From the IMG/VR virus record IMGVR_UViG_3300031689_000007, positions 1-53,965 of that record: a DNA stretch of 53,965 nucleotides. The stretch is one strand, 5' to 3'. A program made the position numbers and the translations under genes. Below the pieces are notes generated by a model. The model was not told the DNA's origin, ran no database searches, and saw only the letters and a program-made list of their open reading frames with translations. Shown in pieces: positions 36,867 to 46,214 of the stretch. Every line of letters starts with the position of its first letter. The first letter of the stretch is position 1. Origin of the DNA: a virus (Duplodnaviria; Caudoviricetes).

Positions 36867-39800
36867 CTATCTCGCTTTTAAGTCTTCAATCTCAGCTTTT
36901 AATTCTTTAATCGCTTCAATTAAGTAGCCTGTGATATTGCCATAATTTACACTTAGTGTACCCATTTCATCTTCTGCCGTTAGTACAAGTTCTGGTGCAA
37001 CCTTCTGCATCTCTTGTGCAATAACACCTGTAGAATCTTTGCCAGTTGCATCACGCACATAGTGTACGCCTCGCATCTCACTTACTTTGGATAGGGCATC
37101 AGGGATTGTAATTATGTTTGATTTTAGGCGTTCATCAGAGAAGGCAGTAACGTCATTGTTAAACGTAGCCGCACCTGCCCCTGACATATCAAGGGTGAGG
37201 GCTGTAATTGCTGAACCGCCATCGTTACCTATAAATTGAATATCTTTATCAGAAACTAAGCTTCTAATTTGTGCATTGCCACCATCGTTTTGTATTTTTA
37301 CAAAGTTTGTACCACCATCTGCAAAGAATATTTCTGCGCCATCAGCATCAAGGATAATATCGGCAGCAGAATCTAGTGTCAGGTTACCACCTGAAGATAT
37401 AGATAATCCGCTACCAGAATTACCAATTTGACCTATTTCACTTGTATCTGAGTAAAAAATAGCATGTGCGCCATCATTTTGTTTACGAGTTATTACCAGA
37501 GGGTGAGTGCTAGTAGCAGTAGCATATATTTGACCAGAACCGTATAAAACTGTCCCTGCGGTCTGTTGGGCAGTAGAAGTCTTACCCACAGTCACGTTGC
37601 CTGACGTGTCGATGCGCAGACGTTCTGTACCGCCCGTGCTGCCCGATCCACCATAAAGAGGGCCATTTGCCGCTAAATTTGTTGAGAAGGTCATTATTCC
37701 TGCAGAAGCAACGTTAAGGTTTCCGTTGTCGTTGCCTAGTCCTACGTTACCCCCATTACTTCCTCCATTTCCTGCATCAACTAATCGTATTCCTGCCGCA
37801 TCACTATTTTGAAAAATTGCAACATCATAATCATTTCCTGTAGACAGTGCTCCGCCTTGTGAAACGTGTAATTTTCGGTTCGGGCCATTTGTTCCAATAC
37901 CTACTTTTCCGTTGTCTTTAATGCGCATATGTTCTTCAATAGCCGCACCTGTAGCTTCAGTAAAGAAAACTAAATCTGCCGCTGTTGCCGCTGTTGATAC
38001 CCCACGTATCATCGCTAAAGAATTGTCATCGGAATTGCCGAAACTTATTTGGCCTAAGTTTTTACTTGCCGCAGGACTATCTGTACCCTTTAAAAATAAT
38101 TGGCCACCGCCTTCGTTGTTTGTGCCTTGGACTGTTATTGATGCGTCAGTATTGAAAATAGCCGAACCCTTATTAGACATGTCAAGGGTGAGGGCTGCAA
38201 TACCACTGTTATTATCAATGCCCGAAAAAACAATGTCTTTATCATTTACAGAAGAGAATATATTTAAGTTGCTATTTGTGCTTCTAATCTTTCCAATTTC
38301 AACACCATCATCTTTAAATTTAATGTCGCCTGTTGAAGCATCAAGATTAATATCTCCTGCAACGTCAATAGTAAAAGTACCTGTATCTGTTATTGATCCG
38401 TCTAATATAACCGTACCACCTCTGGTAATATTACCACCAGCCGTAATAGCACCTGTAGCAACTGCTCCTGTTGTTGTAATTGTTGAGGAGCCGTTGTTTA
38501 TATTACCAAAGCCTGACGTTATACTACCAGCCGTAATAGCACCTGTAGCAATTGTTGAGGAGCCGTTGTTTATATTACCAAAGCCTGACGTTATACTACC
38601 AGAGTTTAATGCCCCTGTTGCTACGATACCGGAGCCAATAGTAATGTTAGCAGAGCCATTAAATGCTACGCCGTTGATAGTGCGGGCCGTAGCCAGCGTA
38701 GTAGCCGTTGAAGCGTTACCTGTAAGAGCCGCTGTGATTGTACCTGCGGAGAAGTTTCCAGAACCATCTCGTGCCACAACTTTCGAAGCTGTGTTACCCG
38801 AGACTGCGTCTACACCAAGAGTGAGCGCGGTACCCTCAGAAGCCGATCCACCACCTGTCAGGTATGAGCCGTTAGCAACAGACTGGACATAGTTACCTGT
38901 GGTATCCGTGCCTAGAGCAACAGAGTTTGCTTGGATTGTTGCAGTGCCTGTGACATTGCCAGAACCGTTAAACGCAGCAGAAGTCCAAACAACGTCGCCT
39001 GTCATTCCAATTGTTCGACCATTAGCTAGTGTAGTGGCAGACCCAGTCAGGTCAGCAGTAACCGACGCGAATGTAGGAGTAGCAGTAGTTGTGAGGTCAA
39101 TACCTGTAGAAACCTTACCACCCATGCCCGAGTGATTAGTACAATAATAAAATAAGTTAATTGGAGCATCTTGCTCTAGTGTCACCTGAGTATACGCTCC
39201 AGATGAGCCCGGTGTACCAACAGCCGTTACGCCTACAGTGTACGCAGACCCCCCGGCATGAGTGCCGTTAGATGTGACGCTTAAACGCAATGGATGTCCT
39301 GAGTTGGAACTATTCGACTGGTCAAAGCGCACAGTTACGGATCGTTGCAATAACGCTGTTTGTTGTAAGGCTCCATCTAGATAGAATCTATTACCTGCGC
39401 CGGGATTAGATACAGTAACCGCTATTGTTAGATACGGTTGCTTTCCAACTAAGCCCGCTACAGTAGTGTTTATAGAAGTGTTTGCTGTCCCGTTAAAAGA
39501 CCCTGACGAGCCCGTGGCGTCCCCAGTTAAGGAGATGACTCTGCCTGTAGCTAGCGCGGTGGCGGTAGAAACTGGAGTGTTTAAGGAGAACTGTGTACCA
39601 GACAAAGATAGCCCTGCACCTGCACTATATATCGGGGCGTCAGCAACTAACGTGAAAACAATATTTGTTGTGCCAAAAGTAATAACACCTGTTGTGGTCA
39701 TTACGTCAAGCTCGCCACCATGAACCGTACCCTCAGTAATAAAGAAAGCATCACCTTCACCTAGTGCATCTGAGTCACTTGGGGCATAAGAATCAGCGTC

Positions 39801-40550
39801 AGTAGCGCGGGTAAGAACCCAATTTGCAGAACCGCTGCCAACTGTAGTAACCTTGTAGACACCGTTATGCGCTTTGTTAGTTTGGTCTTGTACCATCACG
39901 CGGTTGTTTGTGGCTACTGAAACTCCATCCAATACTAAAGCTGCTTGCGTTGCTGCGTTAGTAAGTGTGGCTCCAACCCCGCTGGAACCGTTGCTATATG
40001 TAGCGTTTAGGTTCGCAGTTGTTTCAACTCGGCAAGGTTCGTGGTAGTGGATACCCGCTGCAGCAATAGTGTCTACATATTGTTTAGTAGCAGATTGTAG
40101 CGCCGCAGTCGGATTAGCGTTAAGAATCAGGTTGCCCGTCATCGTACCGCCGCCTCTAGATAAAAGAGTCTGTATATCGACCCCATCTACCGTACCACCC
40201 ACAATTAAATTGTTGCCAATGGTTACATTGTTACTTGCGTCTTCAATTACGGCCTTGTCAGCAGGGTACGTAAGGAAAATATTTTTTGTTCCAACACCCC
40301 AGTTAACGGCATTATTAGAGTTAGACGATGTGAACACCGACGTGCGGGTAATAGTCCCCCCACTAGAAGCATAGGTTCCAAGGCCAACCTCGAAGTTCAC
40401 ATTATCTGTGATCGAGTAATAGACCGTGTCCGTATTGGATGCAACGGAAGCAAACGTTCTAAAACCTGCAACCACGCCCCCCAGAGTATAAGCCCCGGTC
40501 CCCGTAGAATTAGTAGTTTCCTGTATACGATCAGCGACAATTAGAGCCAT
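36867..40550 (-). CDS. Long tail fibre with C-terminal intramolecular chaperone (peptidase S74)
   Basis: SDERLKSNI...GVIAQE...LIEAIKEL; GKVGIGT-type repeats. Confidence 0.88.
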   Translation of the reverse strand: MALIVADRIQETTNSTGTGAYTLGGVVAGFRTFASVASNTDTVYYSITDNVNFEVGLGTYASSGGTITRTSVFTSSNSNNAVNWGVGTKNIFLTYPADKAVIEDASNNVTIGNNLIVGGTVDGVDIQTLLSRGGGTMTGNLILNANPTAALQSATKQYVDTIAAAGIHYHEPCRVETTANLNATYSNGSSGVGATLTNAATQAALVLDGVSVATNNRVMVQDQTNKAHNGVYKVTTVGSGSANWVLTRATDADSYAPSDSDALGEGDAFFITEGTVHGGELDVMTTTGVITFGTTNIVFTLVADAPIYSAGAGLSLSGTQFSLNTPVSTATALATGRVISLTGDATGSSGSFNGTANTSINTTVAGLVGKQPYLTIAVTVSNPGAGNRFYLDGALQQTALLQRSVTVRFDQSNSSNSGHPLRLSVTSNGTHAGGSAYTVGVTAVGTPGSSGAYTQVTLEQDAPINLFYYCTNHSGMGGKVSTGIDLTTTATPTFASVTADLTGSATTLANGRTIGMTGDVVWTSAAFNGSGNVTGTATIQANSVALGTDTTGNYVQSVANGSYLTGGGSASEGTALTLGVDAVSGNTASKVVARDGSGNFSAGTITAALTGNASTATTLATARTINGVAFNGSANITIGSGIVATGALNSGSITSGFGNINNGSSTIATGAITAGSITSGFGNINNGSSTITTTGAVATGAITAGGNITRGGTVILDGSITDTGTFTIDVAGDINLDASTGDIKFKDDGVEIGKIRSTNSNLNIFSSVNDKDIVFSGIDNNSGIAALTLDMSNKGSAIFNTDASITVQGTNNEGGGQLFLKGTDSPAASKNLGQISFGNSDDNSLAMIRGVSTAATAADLVFFTEATGAAIEEHMRIKDNGKVGIGTNGPNRKLHVSQGGALSTGNDYDVAIFQNSDAAGIRLVDAGNGGSNGGNVGLGNDNGNLNVASAGIMTFSTNLAANGPLYGGSGSTGGTERLRIDTSGNVTVGKTSTAQQTAGTVLYGSGQIYATATSTHPLVITRKQNDGAHAIFYSDTSEIGQIGNSGSGLSISSGGNLTLDSAADIILDADGAEIFFADGGTNFVKIQNDGGNAQIRSLVSDKDIQFIGNDGGSAITALTLDMSGAGAATFNNDVTAFSDERLKSNIITIPDALSKVSEMRGVHYVRDATGKDSTGVIAQEMQKVAPELVLTAEDEMGTLSVNYGNITGYLIEAIKELKAEIEDLKAR
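38436..38602. repeat. Exact internal duplication in the tail fibre (SGFGNINNGSSTI x2)
   Basis: About 53-bp identical copies at 38478 and 38550; about 26-bp copies at 38436 and 38526. Confidence 0.85.
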
Positions 40551-40568
40551 TGGGTAACCCCTTTATTT

Positions 40569-41006
40569 TTAAGCTATACGAATGATAGCGTTTGAAGCAT
40601 CCGCTGCTGGAAACTGAATAGTAAATGTACCAGAAGTTGAAGTTTTATCCGCACCAAAGTCCAGCACCGCAACTGTTGGGTCGCCTGAAGCGCTGTCGTT
40701 ATAAATTAATGCTCCGCGAGCTGTAATTGATGCGCTGGTAAAGTTAAGGTCAGCGAAGTCTGTCAGTGCTGTAGTGCCTGAAGATGTCGGTGTTACCTTT
40801 GAGAGCGTACCGCCGCCAGCACTGTACGAACCGGAGTTCGACACTTCATTGCCAGTAGTATACGCAGTTGTCGCCGCATTAAACGATGCACTGTTTGTAT
40901 ACAGGGCAAGTTTAAATGTATTGCCTGAAGAGGCAGTGAAGTTGTGCGTACCTTGAAGCAGTTCTTTCTTGAACGATGTACACATGAAGTTACCATTAAA
41001 GGCCAT
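40569..41006 (-). CDS. Virion structural protein
   Basis: SFKKELL.G.HNF, FKLALYT, ARGALIYN, VLDFG motifs. Confidence 0.75.
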   Translation of the reverse strand: MAFNGNFMCTSFKKELLQGTHNFTASSGNTFKLALYTNSASFNAATTAYTTGNEVSNSGSYSAGGGTLSKVTPTSSGTTALTDFADLNFTSASITARGALIYNDSASGDPTVAVLDFGADKTSTSGTFTIQFPAADASNAIIRIA

Positions 41007-41297
41007 TTAAAGTCTCCTAAGTTGGGTTGCGAGGTCCGGAAACCCAGCCTCTTGTATTTTTACATACGTTGTTGTGCGGTCTTCTTTAACCGCTACTTTA
41101 ATATAATGCGTGATGATTTGCAACATCTGTGATTTATACGCCTCCGCTTGCATTCGTATCTCGGGCGGGGCAGAAGTAGACACGCTCATTAGCTTGTCTA
41201 CACACATTTCCGCTACAGCATCAGGGCTGTGCCCTCCTTTGTCAGCGGTATGTATTTTTATGGCGTCAAAGCCAAAATTCATTTCAACTTGCATCAA
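41007..41297 (-). CDS. Hypothetical protein
   Basis: Coupled ORF in the structural operon. Confidence 0.7.
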   Translation of the reverse strand: MMQVEMNFGFDAIKIHTADKGGHSPDAVAEMCVDKLMSVSTSAPPEIRMQAEAYKSQMLQIITHYIKVAVKEDRTTTYVKIQEAGFPDLATQLRRL

Positions 41298-41932
41298 AGT
41301 CTCCCATCTCTGTACTCATCTTGCGCACTCCGTATTTGGACCCCGGTAAGCTGCCCAAGAGCTTCGCTATAGCGAGTAGTATATAATTGAATAAGGTCTG
41401 TCTCACCCTTCATGTATGTGTACGCCTCAATCAGAGAACCATAAAGCAAAGCGGATTCGGCATTGCCGCCGTACCAAGATGTGCTTGTGGTAACGATTGA
41501 AGGCGGGTCGTAATAATAATGTAGTTCAACTACGTAGGTGTCGTCAGGTGTTGGGCCAAGAATAAAGTTGCCTTGCTCCCCACCAAAGTCTCCGTCAAAC
41601 TGAGCATAGTACTTGGGTAGGCCCGGTGTCGTGCTCGGTGAAGGGTAGGCCTCTCGTATAAAGTTTACGTCTTTATCAAGAAGGAACGAATAGTTTCCAG
41701 CCGGGTCTACGACAGCCAAAGAAAACACAGAGAGAAAATCCTCTGGTCTAGCTAAGTACAAGTCACCGTTAGTGGTAGCTGCGGTAACATTCCTGCGCAA
41801 CTCAGGCACCATTATAGAGCGGTTGAGCCGCTCTTCCGACTGTTTGACAAAGTTAGGAATGTTGGAGACGAAGCTTGTCTCCTCATTCTGTGTATAGTCT
41901 TTTATTGCTGCAACCAGCTCTGCGTAGTTCAT
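41294..41932 (-). CDS. Tail adaptor / tubular protein
   Basis: MNYAEL..AI.DY, PKYYA, GPTPD, LLYGSLIEA motifs. Confidence 0.7.
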   Translation of the reverse strand: MNYAELVAAIKDYTQNEETSFVSNIPNFVKQSEERLNRSIMVPELRRNVTAATTNGDLYLARPEDFLSVFSLAVVDPAGNYSFLLDKDVNFIREAYPSPSTTPGLPKYYAQFDGDFGGEQGNFILGPTPDDTYVVELHYYYDPPSIVTTSTSWYGGNAESALLYGSLIEAYTYMKGETDLIQLYTTRYSEALGQLTGVQIRSAQDEYRDGRL

Positions 41933-41938
41933 CAGAAC

Positions 41939-42415
41939 TTACCCCATTTTAAATTTGCCACCACTAGTAGCCGCACCCATACCACGGCATTGGCCGCCGC
42001 CGCCCATCTTCTTGACTCCGCCACCGTAACCCATCTTCTTGACCTTAGCTTTGCCACCGTAGTTCATTTTCTTTACTTTAGCTTTGCCGCCGTAGGACAT
42101 TTTACCAACGCCATCAGTAGCATAATCAGGAACCATTTTCCCGTTTGGACCTGTAACCATGTTCAGCTTACCACCGCTTTTCAAGCCAACAGCTTTTTTA
42201 AGCTTCTGCAGTCCTCTTTTTATTCCACGCTCTACTACTGTTGGTGGGTTACGTTCATTTCGCTCTTCTCTAAGTTTTTCTTTGCGTGCTGCCTCAGATT
42301 CACGGAATAAACGTTCTTCTTGCGCCCTAGTCAGGTTAGTGTCGGCACGTTGTCTTTTGCTATCGCCCGGCATTTGGGTCAAAGATTTCTTATTTTTTTG
42401 CATACTAATCTCCAT
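41939..42415 (-). CDS. Basic protein with KKMxYGG repeats
   Basis: KMSYGG, KMNYGG, KMGYGG, KMGGGG; ends RGMGAATSGGKF. Confidence 0.7.
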   Translation of the reverse strand: MEISMQKNKKSLTQMPGDSKRQRADTNLTRAQEERLFRESEAARKEKLREERNERNPPTVVERGIKRGLQKLKKAVGLKSGGKLNMVTGPNGKMVPDYATDGVGKMSYGGKAKVKKMNYGGKAKVKKMGYGGGVKKMGGGGQCRGMGAATSGGKFKMG

Positions 42416-42725
42416 CAGTTGTTGTTACAGTGACTCTTCCTACAGAGCCTACCATATATTGCGCTGGGTTCCAAATAGGGTTCCAGCCAAACAAACCTCT
42501 ACCCGGATTTACATCTGGACGGGGGTTACGTAAAGATTGGGGGTCTGCTGTGTTAACATCCCCAGTAAAGTTTTGTGGTTGGTCGGGATCAAATACGTCT
42601 TTGCCTACACGTAGACCTGTACGTACTCCATGCTGAACCTCGTATATAAGGTCTTCTAGCTTGTAGCGAAACCCAGTCCGGTCACATATACCGTATGCGT
42701 GTTTACCACTAGCGTAACCCGGCAT
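42405..42725 (-). CDS. Hypothetical virion-module protein
   Basis: YASGKHAYGICDRTGFRY, DPQSLRNPRPD. Confidence 0.75.
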   Translation of the reverse strand: MPGYASGKHAYGICDRTGFRYKLEDLIYEVQHGVRTGLRVGKDVFDPDQPQNFTGDVNTADPQSLRNPRPDVNPGRGLFGWNPIWNPAQYMVGSVGRVTVTTTDGD

Positions 42726-43402
42726 TATACATTCCCCCTAAACGGTACAATACGAAGTGTAGACCTATCTTGATCTTGATCTGCAGCCCTACGGAATTGT
42801 TCCTCATATTCTTGTTTTAAAGGACCAACTCTATCGGCTACTTCAGGTTTTTTCATTGCAACGTAGTACGCTAAACCAGACACAAGAGCGGGTATAAAAC
42901 GAGGCGGTATAGAAGTAGTAGCTCCTCCAACACCGCTCGCCAGACCATCTATACCTTTTAGACGGTAATAAGATAGCTTATACGTAGTAGCATCGTTTGG
43001 CACAGGCCAAAGGGTAACTTGTACATTTGTAGCATTGCGCTGTACGTAGATTTGCGATGGACGCCCTTGAGTATTTTTGTTTCCCTGCTGAGAATACGTA
43101 GAAACACTCATGCGTTGTATGTACGAGTCCAGCTGCTGCGGTGTGCCTTCGTCAGTGCGGAGTTGATGTTCTATTAGGTCGATAGTATCAGAAGGTAACG
43201 TATAGGTCGCTGTACCCGCAACTAACGGCAGGGTCCCCGCCTCTATAGTAAATAGGTTCAAGCCGCGATTCTGCCACTCTAGCGTCATAATATTAAGACT
43301 GCGGCGGGCGGTTTTTAAGTCATACCCCGAACGCATTTCAAGGCCTGCACGTTCGTATGCCTCCTCAAATAATTCATTTAGTTCTGGCACAACAACCGCC
43401 AT
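42725..43402 (-). CDS. Head-tail connector/adaptor
   Basis: EEAYERAG, ARRSLN...WQNRG, GRPSQ, LWPVP, GLAYY. Confidence 0.75.
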   Translation of the reverse strand: MAVVVPELNELFEEAYERAGLEMRSGYDLKTARRSLNIMTLEWQNRGLNLFTIEAGTLPLVAGTATYTLPSDTIDLIEHQLRTDEGTPQQLDSYIQRMSVSTYSQQGNKNTQGRPSQIYVQRNATNVQVTLWPVPNDATTYKLSYYRLKGIDGLASGVGGATTSIPPRFIPALVSGLAYYVAMKKPEVADRVGPLKQEYEEQFRRAADQDQDRSTLRIVPFRGNV

Positions 43403-43405
43403 GAT

Positions 43406-43663
43406 CTAGGCCTTCCTATACTTTGCCGTCTTCTTGGCTATCTTTTTAGGTTGTTTGGCAACCTGTTTACCTTTTTTAGTAGCCGCTCGTTTAGCCTTGG
43501 TAGTAGCAGCGTATTCTTTAGATGACAAAGCTTTTATAGCTTTAGCGGGTAGGTACCGCTCACCTGTAGCCTTTTTCCCTTGCGTCGACGGCTTACCAGA
43601 CTTTGTACGCCATTTCTGCTTAGTCCATTTGCTAAGACTTTTTTGACTTTTTGCTTTTGCCAT
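43406..43663 (-). CDS. Small highly basic protein
   Basis: WTKQKWRTKSGK, GERYLP; Lys-rich. Confidence 0.75.
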   Translation of the reverse strand: MAKAKSQKSLSKWTKQKWRTKSGKPSTQGKKATGERYLPAKAIKALSSKEYAATTKAKRAATKKGKQVAKQPKKIAKKTAKYRKA

Positions 43664-43823
43664 CGGCTTTAGCCTTCGCTTTCTTACTCAAATCTTTATA
43701 GTGGGATAACTTAACACTCATTTTACCATGAACTTTCCCCGTATGCATAGTACCATCCTTCATTTTGTGCTTTTCGCCCGCATGAACTGTACCGTCTTTT
43801 TTATAATGTTTTACACCCTTCAC
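43632..43823 (-). CDS. Small Lys/His-rich protein
   Basis: HKMKDGTMHTGKVH. Confidence 0.65.
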   Translation of the reverse strand: MKGVKHYKKDGTVHAGEKHKMKDGTMHTGKVHGKMSVKLSHYKDLSKKAKAKADGKSKKSKKS

Positions 43824-44092
43824 GACTTATATCCTCCACCTTTAGCTTTATATTGTTTAGCCAACATTTGCGCTTTACGAGCAGACCATTGACCCGGTTT
43901 ACCACCTTTACCCCCACTTTTAATCTTGTTGAACAATGCCTTACGCATTGTGGGCTTAGTGTAATTACCAGCTTCATTCACACGACTCTTAGTTTTGCCG
44001 CCCTTGCCCATAGCCGCTACAGGTTTACGAGGCACTGCTTTTTTAACTCGGTTGCCTGTAAGTTGTCTTCCCATAGAACTACGTCCCATCAT
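43820..44092 (-). CDS. Small basic protein
   Basis: NYTKP, GQWSARKAQ, KGGGY. Confidence 0.75.
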   Translation of the reverse strand: MMGRSSMGRQLTGNRVKKAVPRKPVAAMGKGGKTKSRVNEAGNYTKPTMRKALFNKIKSGGKGGKPGQWSARKAQMLAKQYKAKGGGYKS

Positions 44093-44093
44093 G

Positions 44094-44387
44094 TCAGCAT
44101 TTCCACCTTTTTCTAGCTTGCCGTAATCGGCTGTTAGGGTCTTTAGCTGCTTTAGGAAATTGCTTCATTTGTCCCGCAGAACGTGCGCAGTAAGACTTGC
44201 GACGCTTAGCTGCAGCGCTTCCCTTTTTAACCTTACCTGTAACGGCTGTCTTTAGTTTAGAGCCGGGGTTATCCCGACGATACTTGGCCACACCTTTTTT
44301 AGTCATCCCCGCGCCAGACTTAGTTGGGCGTTTTTGACCACCTTTTATGGTGTGACCTTTCATTGTACCTTTTTTCTTAACTGCCAT
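44094..44387 (-). CDS. Small basic protein
   Basis: NPGSKLKTAV, RRKSYCARS, SRLRQARKRWKC. Confidence 0.75.
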   Translation of the reverse strand: MAVKKKGTMKGHTIKGGQKRPTKSGAGMTKKGVAKYRRDNPGSKLKTAVTGKVKKGSAAAKRRKSYCARSAGQMKQFPKAAKDPNSRLRQARKRWKC

Positions 44388-44388
44388 A

Positions 44389-44673
44389 TTACTCTATAAG
44401 TAGTGTCATTACGTTTCCTGTGCCTGTAAAGGCAGAAACAAAGCAACCGTTATCAGCTAAAATACCATCATTTGGAATGTATACGTCGTTCCAACCAACA
44501 GGTAAAGTTAACTGCAATATAATAGGGCCAGTAGCTGACCCACTACGAATAGTGAAAGCGGCGGCTGCAGCGGCGTTTATTAAAACACCCTGCAATCTAC
44601 CTCGTGATGGGCCTACAAGTGCAGCGGTAGCGCTTGCTGCAAAGTTATAAGCTCGTACTTCTTGACCAGCCAT
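44389..44673 (-). CDS. Small virion protein
   Basis: GRLQG...IPNDGI; AAGGAG SD. Confidence 0.7.
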   Translation of the reverse strand: MAGQEVRAYNFAASATAALVGPSRGRLQGVLINAAAAAAFTIRSGSATGPIILQLTLPVGWNDVYIPNDGILADNGCFVSAFTGTGNVMTLLIE

Positions 44674-44696
44674 TTGCTAGCTCCTTACGCTAAATT

Positions 44697-45161
44697 TTAA
44701 AGGTCGATAGCCTGTTGATACAGAACAGTGAAACGAATTGTTCCTGCATTAGTAGCACCAGTAGTGGTTACTGTAAGACGTTTTTCAGTACCAACGTCTG
44801 CCCAAGCCAATGCTCCACCTGCTTCAGTAGTAGGGTATTTACGACCTGCACCGGAAGCGGCAGTAATTGAAAATTGGTTTAGAAAAGTAGCGTTGCCGCC
44901 AACAGTATCGCCAATGCTCAGTACGCAAGTTGCGTTTGCAACAGCAACAGATACCTCAATAACGATGTCAATAATTTGTGATGCAGCTGGGATTACGATA
45001 TCAGTAACAGTGGCTGCTTGTGCGCCACCTGCGGTACTAAAAGCAGCGGTCTGAGCCATAACGACTTGACCAGTGTTTTTAACATTTACACCTAACGTAG
45101 TTCCAGTTGTTTCTTTAATTGTTCCGGCCTTGATAGGTCCAGAGAATGTAGTAATACCCAT
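44697..45161 (-). CDS. Capsid-associated/decoration protein
   Basis: TTFSGPIKAG, IPAASQIIDI; follows the capsid gene. Confidence 0.7.
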   Translation of the reverse strand: MGITTFSGPIKAGTIKETTGTTLGVNVKNTGQVVMAQTAAFSTAGGAQAATVTDIVIPAASQIIDIVIEVSVAVANATCVLSIGDTVGGNATFLNQFSITAASGAGRKYPTTEAGGALAWADVGTEKRLTVTTTGATNAGTIRFTVLYQQAIDL

Positions 45162-45167
45162 GATTAT

Positions 45168-45217
45168 CTCCTGTCAGGGTTAAGTCAGTCGCACCATGCA
45201 ACTGTCAGGGATACAGG
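45168..45217 (-). promoter_or_regulatory. Structured leader RNA overlapping the SD
   Basis: Outer CCTGT/ACAGG stem and inner CAGTTGCA-tgg-TGCGACTG hairpin. Confidence 0.45.
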
Positions 45218-45237
45218 TACCCTACAACACCTTTACG

Positions 45238-45266
45238 CAAAAAGAAAGCCCCACCGAAGCGGAGCC
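45238..45266 (-). terminator. Rho-independent terminator after the capsid gene
   Basis: GGCTCCGC-TTCG-GTGGGGCT-TTCTTTT on the - strand. Confidence 0.85.
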
Positions 45267-45295
45267 TTCCAAATTTAAATTTAAGTCCTAAGAGC

Positions 45296-46201
45296 TTACG
45301 CTCCCGGAGAACCGTAGATGCCCAATGGGTCGGAAACACCGAAGCTGTAACGCTCACGTGCTTTGTAGCGCACGTTGCCAGTATCGAAGTCACCATCCAT
45401 GCCTGTAGCCATCGCAGAACGTACAAAATGTTTCATGCCGTTAGGGATGTCTGTAGTCAAGAACCAAGCGTCAGCGTCTGTAAGGTAGTGGTTTACACCG
45501 TACCCTTCAGGAACTGCACCGTTAGAGCTGAGAGCATTGATGTCGTTATCAGCTGTACCTACACGTAGAGTTGTTTCCAACAAACGAGTTGCTACGAACT
45601 GTAACGCAGACGGGATAATAAGCTTTCTACCGCGAGCTGCGATAAGTAGGCCACGTTCGTCTGTGTATCCCCCAATGTCGATAATCGCCTGTTCGAGCGA
45701 AGTCTCGTTAAGGTCAGCACTAACCGCTGGACGGTTAGCGTTTGTACCGCCACCAACTGTTGGGTGTGCAGTGCTGAACAATGTTACACCATCACCAGAC
45801 TGGAAAGTGTCAAAGCCCGTGTTGAGCAATGAGGCAGCTTTAACCTGCTTGGTGTATGCCATAGCGCGAGCTAAAGCTTTTGTGTAACGCGAGGACAAAG
45901 AATCGTACAAGTTATCTTCCATCGCTTCTTCAGTGATGGCGAAACCCATAGCGATAGTTTCGTGTGTGTAGCGAGCTGTGAACGCCTCTTGCGCATTATC
46001 GTACGCAATAGATGAACCTTCAGCCTTTGTTGGTGCTGCACCAAAACCAGATAATTTAACTTCTTCTTCAAAGCTACGCTCTGAATTTTCTGTCTCATAA
46101 ATGTCCGCGTGCTCGTTTTCGTATTTGCCATACTCAAGACCAAAAAGGGCGTTGAGTCCGGGTAAAAGCTCTTTAAGCGCCTGCGCGCGTGAAATAGCCA
46201 T
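45296..46201 (-). CDS. Major capsid protein
   Basis: MAISRAQALKELLPGLNALFGLEY, DFDTGNVRYKARERYSFG, ends GSPGA; follows scaffold region. Confidence 0.92.
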   Translation of the reverse strand: MAISRAQALKELLPGLNALFGLEYGKYENEHADIYETENSERSFEEEVKLSGFGAAPTKAEGSSIAYDNAQEAFTARYTHETIAMGFAITEEAMEDNLYDSLSSRYTKALARAMAYTKQVKAASLLNTGFDTFQSGDGVTLFSTAHPTVGGGTNANRPAVSADLNETSLEQAIIDIGGYTDERGLLIAARGRKLIIPSALQFVATRLLETTLRVGTADNDINALSSNGAVPEGYGVNHYLTDADAWFLTTDIPNGMKHFVRSAMATGMDGDFDTGNVRYKARERYSFGVSDPLGIYGSPGA

Positions 46202-46214
46202 GTGTTAGCCCTCC

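Noticed and set aside
37912-38892. 326-aa + strand ORF (also 20280-21161, 18342-18992, 52563-53171)
   Set aside because: Antisense shadows of well-supported - strand genes, arising from codon bias.
36867-40550. Diversity-generating retroelement acting on the tail fibre
   Set aside because: No reverse transcriptase; repeats are exact and adjacent, without adenine-specific mismatches.
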